DNA of 64,000 nucleotides from Torpedo marmorata (taxonomy: Eukaryota). Positions 1 through 8,183 of this stretch are shown piece after piece (positions within the stretch are counted from its first letter, which is position 1; each line of letters opens with the position of its first letter). Made by a program: the position numbers and the translations under genes. The DNA is taken from assembly GCA_977017645.1 (NCBI GenBank), contig OZ360225.1:124372001-124436000 (forward strand). Direction: 5' to 3'. The notes under the pieces are model-generated. The model saw only the letters and a list, made by a program, of their open reading frames with translations, was not told the origin of the DNA and searched no databases.

Positions 1-816
1 CTTCCCGAAGCACTCCACTTCATCCGCTCCCTGCTATGCACATCCACCAATGCCACCCCTCATGACAGACTCTTTTCCTTCCCCAGGAAGTCGACCACCG
101 GGACTACCTTACCAGCATGGCTGACGTTCTCAGGGCCAGTGCTGCTCCGGAAACATGTCAGGAGGGTTCAACTACTACATGCGAACCCCCAGTACGCCTA
201 CGTGGTTTTTCCTGATGGGTGGGAAGACACGATCTCCATCCGGGACCTGGCGCCCGCAGGAGCACTGGTGCCCGCCCCCGAACACTCCGTAGTTACTGTC
301 ACCCCCGCACCTACCATTACAGACACACAAGAGGCACCACCCAATTCAAACCTGACACCAAACGTACTGGTATATACACACGAGGTTTTGTGAACGCCAG
401 ATATGCTGGTACCCCAAATCAGGCAGGAGGCAGCACCGCCGCCTGCCCCATCACCACAAGTACCGCACCGATCACAGCGGCGGACCCGACCGCCTGATCG
501 ACTCGACCTGTAATTTGTAAATTCTTTGAAAATATTGTTACACCCTTCACCCCGTGGGACTCTTTTAAAAGGAGGAGTGAATGTGGTAAACCACTATGTT
601 TAGGTTGTGGGCTGGGTGATATGTCTGGACATGCCCTCTGCTGACTGTCCCGGTGGCTCCTCCCACAGACCCCCTGAATAAAGGCTATTGTGCCACCACT
701 CCTCCCCCAGTCCAGGACAGACAACCAGCATGGATGTAGCTCCATTCTTTTGCTAATAAAATCCTTTCAGTTCAAGTACAACTTCTAGTCTTTTGAAGTT
801 ATTGATGGGCTCATCA
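1..816 (+). mobile_element. 3' part of a Ty3/Gypsy LTR retrotransposon (integrase C-terminus, PPT, 3' LTR), truncated by the window start
   Basis: Frame 1 reads LPEALHFIRSLLCTSTNATPHDRLFSFPRKSTTG...ANPQYAYVVFPDG, colinear with the element at 2180..6672. After a frameshift it ends in RPPDRLDL* (~513). PPT AAAAGGAGGAGTGAA at 567..581. Confidence 0.93.
582..816 (+). repeat. 3' LTR (235 bp, TG...CA)
   Basis: Starts TGTGGTAAACCACT like the LTRs at 2180 and 6422, ends CATCA, follows the PPT directly, and contains AATAAA. Confidence 0.92.
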
Positions 817-1989
817 CCTTGCTAGCTGCATCCATGTGCAATTAGGAAAAAAAGGAATAATCATTCTTCAGTAGTAATATACCTAATATGACAAGGAGAT
901 GACAGCTCTGGTTTGTCTTTCTGATTTTTGGTGGAATATTGTTCCATTACTGAAAATGTACCAAAGAACCTTTAACTTGCACATGACCACTGAGCAGCTC
1001 CCGGGATCTACTGTCTCATCTGAATCAGACATTCAATGTGCTCCACTCACTAACAGATCTAATAACCCTAAATACATGCTTAACCTCCGATCCAGGACAG
1101 CTATCGATTCTCCAAAGCTGATTTACAGCACACCGGAATATTATTAAAATAGATTGCAATTGCAAGGGATATTGCTCAATTCAAAGCTCAGTGCTACTGG
1201 ATCACTTTTTGATACATTTGATACATTTCATCTTTGTATCTAGTTTAAGTGACACATTTCAATTGTTTTGCATTGAAGGAATTTCGGTATGAGTTTTGCA
1301 GCTTGACAATACACAGGCACTTGGACTTCTGCCAGGAGATAAAAGGAAACGTTTAATTTTATAAGAACTCTATTCAATAAGGACTGCTTTCTTTGTAATT
1401 GAAATATTTATTGGCTAACATTCATTTTTCTTGCAAGGAGATCCATTCTCATGTCCCTCCCCATATCACATGGAATCTTGCCTTATGTGTACTTCCCTCA
1501 GTTCTCTCATTCTCTCTATGTTCATTGCAATACATTCTTAATGCTGCTGCTAACCTTTCACTCTTCTCCAGAAATTATGTGTAAAAACATAGAGGGTTAC
1601 TGCCAATACTATGAAATTAAGTTTTCATGAAATATACAAACATGTGAAAACAATGGACATGATAATATTTCATGGGTCCCTCTCTCTCCTGAAGAGCATT
1701 AGCACAAGTCACATGACCCAGCAACATGTTCAATAGCTCTATTATCCTGGGGAAAAGGAGCAGCAAATAATATCTAACCTTTTATACAACTGTTACCATA
1801 TACCTTGTTCTTCCTCAATGTGTGATGGGACTGGAAAATTCACCATAGATTTATAAGGTTCACAAACCTTACATAAGAGATTAAAGCACATGGGAGTGTG
1901 GGCAATACACTGGTATAGATTGAAAATTGGTCGAAGACAAGAAACAAAAAATAGTAGAAACAAGTCTTCTCCTGTGTGGCAGCAGGAGT

Positions 1990-2136
1990 CAGTGGGTGGA
2001 GCAGCAATCAGTGGGGTGCTGCAACAATAGGAGGATGCAGCAGTGATTGGTGGGTGCTGCAGAGATTGATAGGTGCTGCAGATTTTGATGGGTGCTGCAG
2101 GGATCGGTGGATGATGCAGGGATTAGTGGATGCTGC
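1990..2136. repeat. Degenerate ~19-20 bp minisatellite (GATCAGTGGGTGCTGCAGA-like), left part
   Basis: Recurrent GGTGCTGCA/GATGCAG units; the same unit resumes at 7035..7140. Confidence 0.7.
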
Positions 2137-2179
2137 CGGGGCATATCTATGGAAAATAGCGCCTATGGCAGGGGTGGCC

Positions 2180-2430
2180 TGTGGTAAACCACTGTTTATG
2201 TATTGTGGTGTAGAGGTGTATTGCAGGCTGTCCCGATGTCTACTCCCTCCCCTCCCTTGGGTGTCCAGGTAATCCCTCCCCTTTCCTCACCTGAATAAAG
2301 GCCACTGTATCTCGGCCACTCCTCCAGTCCGGGTCAGATCTGCTGGAAAGCTCTGCATAGTTCTTAGGTAATAAAAGCCTATGGTTCACTCACGCTCATA
2401 GTCTTCGAGTGTTTATTGATAGGCCTATCA
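2180..2430 (+). repeat. 5' LTR
   Basis: Base-by-base match to 6422..6672 on visual comparison. Confidence 0.97.
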
Positions 2431-2453
2431 ATTTTATTACCTAATAAAATCTG

Positions 2454-5400
2454 ATGGAAGGAGCCCTAAAACCGGACCGCCTGGACATCGATCACCTAGC
2501 TCCTGATGCCAGTAACTCCTTCGAACACTGGCTACGATGTCTGGAATCGTTTATGATCACCGTCCGAGCCGAAAGTGAGGAGCAGCAACTGAGAGTCCTC
2601 ATCTCCAGGGTGAGCTCTCGGGTTTTCACAACAGTGAGAGACTGTAGAACCTACACGGAGGCCATGGATGCGTTGAAAAAGATTTACTTGTCGCCTGTCA
2701 ACGCGGTCTACGCGAGGTACCGACTCTTTTCGCGAAAGCAGCGAGCTGGGGAGTCGACCGTGGAGTACGTCAGGGACATACAGTCGCTGGCTCGAGCATG
2801 CGACTGTAAAGCCCTAACGGCTGAGGAACACGTTGGAGTGGTGGAGAGAGATGCATTCATCATGGAGATCAGGTCGGTATATGTGCGCCAGAGACTGTTG
2901 GAGCACGCCGACCTGGACTTTCGTGGGGCAGTAGCGATGGTCCACACGCTGGAGTCCGCGCAGCGGAACTCCGATGCAATGCAGGTACGCGACCCCCAGC
3001 CCGCAACGTGGTCATCCCCATCCCCCAGCCCTGACAACGAACTGACTGCCGCCGCCGCCGCCGCCGTCCGTAGTGACCCGATCGCTACCGCGATCCTCAC
3101 CGCCGCTGCCGTCAACCGCGAGCCCGAGAAGTGTTACTTCTGCGGGCTCGATAAACACCCGAGGAAACGCTGCCCGGCCCGCGACGCAACTTGTTCCGGA
3201 TGCGGCAAGAAAGGCCATTATGTGAAGGCCTGCCGCTCCAAGTCGCGCCCGGGCCCGAGCAGTGCCGCGTGCGAGCTGCGGGGGCGGCCATCTTACCTGC
3301 TGCCGCTTCCGGCGTCGACCTCGTGTGAAGAATGGAGGCGACCATCTTTGATGCTGGCACTTCCGGCGCCACCACCCGCGTCGGTACTTCCGGCCTTACT
3401 ACCGCCGCCATCTTGCAGCGCGAGCAGCAGCGACACGTGCGATCCACGGGAGCGGCCATCTTTGACAACAGTAGAGGAGGAAGATGACTACATCTCAACA
3501 CTTGCATCAGTCACCCTTGACCAGAGTGTTCCACACCAGCTATCAAGATCCATGATGGACATTCTGGTGGAGGGGCACAAAACCACCTGCCTCTTCGATA
3601 CGGGCAGTACGGAGAGTTTCACTGTCCAGCGCTGTGGCCTCACTACCATACCGGTAAGCCAGAGGGTGGCCATGGCGTCTGGGGCTCACACAACAGACAT
3701 CCAGGGGGCTTGTGTGGCAAATATTGTTGTACAAGGGACTGAGTATCGACAATTTTCGTTATTTATTATGAATCGGTTGTGTGCACCTGTTTTATTAGGA
3801 CTCGATTTTCAGAGCCACTTACGTAGTGTTACTATGCGTTATGACGGTCCCCACCCTGCGATCACTGTAGTAAACCACCAGTTCCTGAATAATACGCCCC
3901 AAACTACCTGTGGCCTCTCCACTCTTAAGATCTCGCCGCCGTCGCTATTCGCCAACCTGACCCCTGACTGTAAGCCTGTGGCAACCAAGAGCAGGCGATA
4001 CAGTTCGGAGGACAGGGCGTTTATCAAGACGGAGGTGCAGAGATTATTACAGGAGGGGATTATTGAGAGGAGTAATAGTCCCTGGAGGGCACAGGTAGTC
4101 GTAGTAAAAGGGGCCAAGAGTAGGATGGTGGTGGATTACAGTCAGACGATTAATCGGTTCACACAGTTGGACGCATATCCGCTACCACGAATAGCGGATA
4201 TCGTTAATCAGATCGCCCAATACAGGGTCTTTTCCACTATCGACCTGAAATCCGCATATCATCAGCTCCCTATCCGACGGGAAGACCGACAGTACACTGC
4301 GTTCGAGGCAGATGGGAAACTTTTCCATTTCCTGCGGGTTCCGTTCGGGGTTACTAATGGAGTTTCTGTGTTTCAGCGGGAGATGGATAGGATTGTGGAC
4401 TACTATAAACTTAAGGCCACTTTCCTGTACCTGGACGATATCACCATCTGTGGACTGGATCGTCAGGATCACGATAACAACCTCCGGAAGTTCCTGCAGG
4501 CGGCAAAAGCACTAAACCTGACATATAATAAAGAAAAATGTGTGTTTGGTACCACACGCCTCGCTATTTTGGGGTATGTGGTAGAGAACGGGGTGATTGG
4601 GCCCGACCCCGACCGCATGCGGCCCCTACTGGAACTTTCACTTCCTCCCACCCCCAAAGCACTCAAACGATGCCTCGGGTTCTTCTCATATTATGCGCAG
4701 TGGGTACCAAATTATGCTGATAAGGCCCGACCCCTGGTGAAATCCACCGCATTTCCCCTTGATTCGGAGGCACGTAAGGCCTTTGACCTTATAAAAGGGG
4801 ACATTGCTCGAGCAACAATGCACGCAGTGGATGAAGGGACACCTTTTCAGGTAGAGAGCGACGCATCGGACTTCGCGCTGGCTGCTACCCTCAACCAGGC
4901 GGGAAGGCCGGTGGCGTTTTCCTCACGGACCCTTCAAGGCCCCGAAATTCGGCACTCCGCGGTAGAGAAAGAAGCCCAGGCCATAGTGGAAGCAATCAGG
5001 CACTGGAGGCACTATCTTGCCGGCAAGCATTTTACCCTGCTAACCGACCAACGCTCGGTGGCATTTATGTTCAACAACCAGCAGCGGGGTAAGATCAAAA
5101 ACGACAAGATCATGAGGTGGAGAATAGAACTCTCCACCTATAACTATGACATCCTCTACCGGCCCGGGAAGCTCAATGAGCCCTCGGACGCTCTATCCCG
5201 GGGATCATGCGCCAGCGCGCAGGTCGACCGATTACATGCCCTACACGACGTCCTCTGCCACCCAGGGATTACCAGGCTCTTTCACTTCGTGAAGTCACAG
5301 AACCTGCCATACTCCCTGGAAGAGGTCAGGACATTGATCAGAGGCTGCCGGGTTTGCGCGGAGTGCAAACCTCAGTTCTACCGCCCCGACAGGGCACAGC

Positions 5401-5873
5401 TGATCAAAGCCACTCGCCCCTTTGAACGTCTCAGTATTGACTTCAAGGGGCCCCTTCCCTCCACGAACCGCAACGTGTACTTCTTAAACATCATTGATGA
5501 GTACTCGCGGTTCCCCTTTGCCATCCCCTGTCTCGACACTTCAGCTACCTCAACCATAAAAGCTCTCCACCAGGTATTCGCGCTGTTTGGTTTCCCAAAC
5601 TACATACATAGCGACCGGGGAGCAGCTTTCATGAGTGAGGAGCTGCGACGGTACCTGCAGGCCCGAGGCATCGCCACTAGCAGGACCACCGGATCCAACC
5701 CCCGGGGAAATGGGCAGGTGGAGAGGGAGAACGCTACTGTATGGAAGGCCGCGCTCCTGGCTCTCAAGTCCAAGGGATGGCCGGTCTCCCGCTGGCAGGA
5801 TGTTCTTCCCGAAGCCCTCCACTCTATCCGGTCCCTGCTGTGCACATCCACCAACGCAACCCCTCATGAATGA
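2454..5873 (+). CDS. Gag-Pol polyprotein (1139 aa to a premature TGA; the frame continues to 6332)
   Basis: Two CCHC knuckles (CYFCGLDKHPRKRC, CSGCGKKGHYVKAC), protease LFDTGS, RT LDAYPLP...YLDD, RNase H VESDASD...EKEA...TDQ, integrase HHCC (H..LCH...CRVC) and D,D35E (IDFKG, HSDRG, VEREN). Confidence 0.96.
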   Translation: MEGALKPDRLDIDHLAPDASNSFEHWLRCLESFMITVRAESEEQQLRVLISRVSSRVFTTVRDCRTYTEAMDALKKIYLSPVNAVYARYRLFSRKQRAGESTVEYVRDIQSLARACDCKALTAEEHVGVVERDAFIMEIRSVYVRQRLLEHADLDFRGAVAMVHTLESAQRNSDAMQVRDPQPATWSSPSPSPDNELTAAAAAAVRSDPIATAILTAAAVNREPEKCYFCGLDKHPRKRCPARDATCSGCGKKGHYVKACRSKSRPGPSSAACELRGRPSYLLPLPASTSCEEWRRPSLMLALPAPPPASVLPALLPPPSCSASSSDTCDPRERPSLTTVEEEDDYISTLASVTLDQSVPHQLSRSMMDILVEGHKTTCLFDTGSTESFTVQRCGLTTIPVSQRVAMASGAHTTDIQGACVANIVVQGTEYRQFSLFIMNRLCAPVLLGLDFQSHLRSVTMRYDGPHPAITVVNHQFLNNTPQTTCGLSTLKISPPSLFANLTPDCKPVATKSRRYSSEDRAFIKTEVQRLLQEGIIERSNSPWRAQVVVVKGAKSRMVVDYSQTINRFTQLDAYPLPRIADIVNQIAQYRVFSTIDLKSAYHQLPIRREDRQYTAFEADGKLFHFLRVPFGVTNGVSVFQREMDRIVDYYKLKATFLYLDDITICGLDRQDHDNNLRKFLQAAKALNLTYNKEKCVFGTTRLAILGYVVENGVIGPDPDRMRPLLELSLPPTPKALKRCLGFFSYYAQWVPNYADKARPLVKSTAFPLDSEARKAFDLIKGDIARATMHAVDEGTPFQVESDASDFALAATLNQAGRPVAFSSRTLQGPEIRHSAVEKEAQAIVEAIRHWRHYLAGKHFTLLTDQRSVAFMFNNQQRGKIKNDKIMRWRIELSTYNYDILYRPGKLNEPSDALSRGSCASAQVDRLHALHDVLCHPGITRLFHFVKSQNLPYSLEEVRTLIRGCRVCAECKPQFYRPDRAQLIKATRPFERLSIDFKGPLPSTNRNVYFLNIIDEYSRFPFAIPCLDTSATSTIKALHQVFALFGFPNYIHSDRGAAFMSEELRRYLQARGIATSRTTGSNPRGNGQVERENATVWKAALLALKSKGWPVSRWQDVLPEALHSIRSLLCTSTNATPHE

Positions 5874-6332
5874 TTTTTTTCCTTCCCCAGGAAGTCGACC
5901 ACCGGGACCGCCCTACCTGCCTGGCTGATGTCCCCGGGACCAGTGCTGCTCCGCAATCACCTTCGGAGCAGCAAATATGAGCCGACAGTTCAGAGGGTGC
6001 AGTTGGCGCACGCCAACCCCCAATATGCGTACGTGGTCTTCCCTGATGGACGTGAGGACACGGTCTCGATTCGGGACCTGGTGCCCGATGGGGCACCGGA
6101 AGAACATTCCGACGGGCAAGACCACTTGCTGCAACCCCTCTCTAACTCCCCACCCAATGTGTCAGACCCAGCCCCCTCGACGGGACCACAGGCATTCCAA
6201 GAGGCCAGGCAGGAGGCGACGGCGCAGACGACCTTACCATCTTCCCCATCACTACCACCTCCCCCATCACCACAACCCGCCCCACGCAGGTCAAAGCGGC
6301 AAATTCGGCCGCCGGATCGCCTTGACCTGTGA
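5874..6332 (+). pseudogene. In-frame integrase C-terminal domain beyond the premature stop
   Basis: Same frame as 2454; FFSFPRKSTTG...ANPQYAYVVFPDG...RRSKRQIRPPDRLDL* aligns with the sister element at 1..513. Confidence 0.9.
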
Positions 6333-6421
6333 AAAAGGACTTGTACATATTTTTCTTTTATTGTGTGTTTAATTAGAGTGGTCACGTCACCCCGTTGGAT
6401 TCTTTTAAAAGGAGGGGTGAA

Positions 6422-6672
6422 TGTGGTAAACCACTGTTTATGTATTGTGGTGTAGAGGTGTATTGCAGGCTGTCCCGATGTCTACTCCCTCCCCTCCCTT
6501 GGGTGTCCAGGTAATCCCTCCCCTTTCCTCACCTGAATAAAGGCCACTGTATCTCGGCCACTCCTCCAGTCCGGGTCAGATCTGCTGGAAAGCTCTGCAT
6601 AGTTCTTAGGTAATAAAAGCCTATGGTTCACTCACGCTCATAGTCTTCGAGTGTTTATTGATAGGCCTATCA
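6422..6672 (+). repeat. 3' LTR
   Basis: Follows the PPT AAAAGGAGGGGTGAA, is identical to the 5' LTR and is followed by the TSD TGGCC. Confidence 0.97.
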
Positions 6673-7134
6673 TGGCCAACCTTTTACATTCCATGCGTCA
6701 AAATAAATGGTGACAAGGAGGAATTGCGAGAGCGGGCCTTGGTAGCCGCCATGTTGTATTTGGCTTCGGCCTTTTAATAAGTTGAGAGTGAACAGGATGA
6801 TGAGGAAGGGTGGACAGAGCGGAGAAGAAAGAGGTGTGTGTTCTTTGTATGTCGGGGGGTATCGGGGGGTGGCACTGGCTGGGGTTGGCGCTGACCGGGG
6901 TGGGGGGTGGCGCGAAGCCCGGCTGAAGAAAATTATTTTTTCATTATCCAAGGATAGAAACTGCTCAGTGGCGCCCCCATTCAAGTAGCGCCCAGGGCAT
7001 ATGCCATACCTGCCACACGTTAGATGTGCCTCCAGATGCTGCAGAGATCAGTGGGTGCTGCAGAGATCGATGGATGGTGCAAGAATTGTTGGGTGGGGCA
7101 GGGATAGGTAGATGGTGCTGGGATCAGTGGGTGC

Positions 7135-7462
7135 TGATGATGCTATAGCCTTGTCCCTCCACTCCGACCTGACCCACTTGGAAGACGACGCCTCATACTC
7201 CAGGGTGCTGTTCATCGACTGCAGCTTGGTGTTTAATGCAATCATTCCCCAGAGGCTGGTGGAGAAGCTGTCCTCGCTGGGACTCAACAGCCTTCTCTGA
7301 AACTGGATCCTGGACTTCCTAACAGAAAGACCACAGTCTGTCTGGGTCTGTAGCAGAACATCGAGCACCGTCACGCTGAGCACTGGCGCACCTCAGGGCT
7401 GTGTGCTCAGCTCGCTCCTGTTCACACTACTGACCCACGACTGCATCATCAGATCCAGCTAC
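7135..7462 (+). mobile_element. Rex1/Babar-type LINE RT fragment
   Basis: DAIALSLH...[16 protein letters not shown]...[12 protein letters not shown]...GAPQGCVLS, with a stop/frameshift. Confidence 0.85.
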
Positions 7463-7469
7463 CAAATAT

Positions 7470-7855
7470 TTTTAAAAAGGGTAATCAGGATAGGGTTCCA
7501 CTCAAGGACAAAGCAGAACATTTATGCCAGGACTCAAAGGAAGAGGAGTAGATAGTAAATGAGCACTTTTTATCTGTATTCAGCAAGGGAAAGGACATGG
7601 GTGGCAGTGAGATCAGGGAGGCGTATGTTGATATTCCAGGACCTGTTGATTTCAAGCAGGAGTTGATGTTGGGTCTCATGAAGAACATTATGGTGGACAA
7701 GTTTCCAGGACCTCATGGCATCTATCCCAGGATACTGAAAGAGGCAAGACAGGATATTGCTGAGATCTTGATTGAAATCATTGCTTCCTCTTTAGCTGCT
7801 GATGAAGCCTCCAGACAGTAGCCAATGTTGTTCCTTTATTTCAGAAGGGAAATCA
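7470..7855 (+). mobile_element. CR1-type LINE ORF2 fragment
   Basis: NEHFLSVFSK...DKFPGPHGIYPRILKEA...ANVVPLFQKG, characteristic CR1 pre-RT motifs. Confidence 0.8.
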
Positions 7856-8183
7856 GGAAAAAATATGTTTTTAACTAAAATAGCATGTAATTCTTTTGTA
7901 AAGCCACTCGTTTCATATGAGTATTTTCAGACAATATACTGGAGACCTTTATTTTCATTGTAGCTACAATAAATGTCCACAAGATGGCAGCTGTTGTGTT
8001 GTGTATTCAATCCAAAAACTGCACTTATTGAATAATTTATATTAAAGGAAATTAAATACATTTTAAATGGTCCATTTTTTTGTTAATTACATCTGAATTA
8101 CTGAATTGCAAGACATGTTATAGGCTTTCACAATTAAACCTGTGTAGCTCTGCTCAGCTGTTTACAAGTGTTTACTCACCACT

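Larger units (their letters stand above)
2180..6672 (+). mobile_element. Full-length young Ty3/Gypsy LTR retrotransposon (4493 bp)
   Basis: Two identical 251-bp TG...CA LTRs, 5-bp TSD TGGCC (2175..2179 and 6673..6677), a single gag-pol frame in PR-RT-RH-IN order, and a PPT at 6407..6421. Confidence 0.98.
2137..7034. mobile_element. Probable non-autonomous hAT-type DNA element (~400 bp) interrupted by the Gypsy insertion
   Basis: Imperfect TIRs CGGGGCATATCTA (2137) and TAGATGTGCCTCCA (7021..7034), flanked by the 8-bp direct repeat GATGCTGC (2129..2136 and 7035..7042). The TSD could partly reflect the host minisatellite. Confidence 0.55.

Noticed and set aside
3112-3507. Antisense 131-aa ORF with KMAA repeats, and other antisense ORFs in the Gypsy
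   Set aside because: Explained by GC-rich codon shadow and the repeated GCCATCTT DNA motif; no recognisable domain.
5871-5873. Programmed readthrough or selenocysteine at the TGA
   Set aside because: The sister element has Arg here, the context TGA-TTT is not the leaky TGA-CTA type, and the position inside integrase is not a gag/pol boundary.
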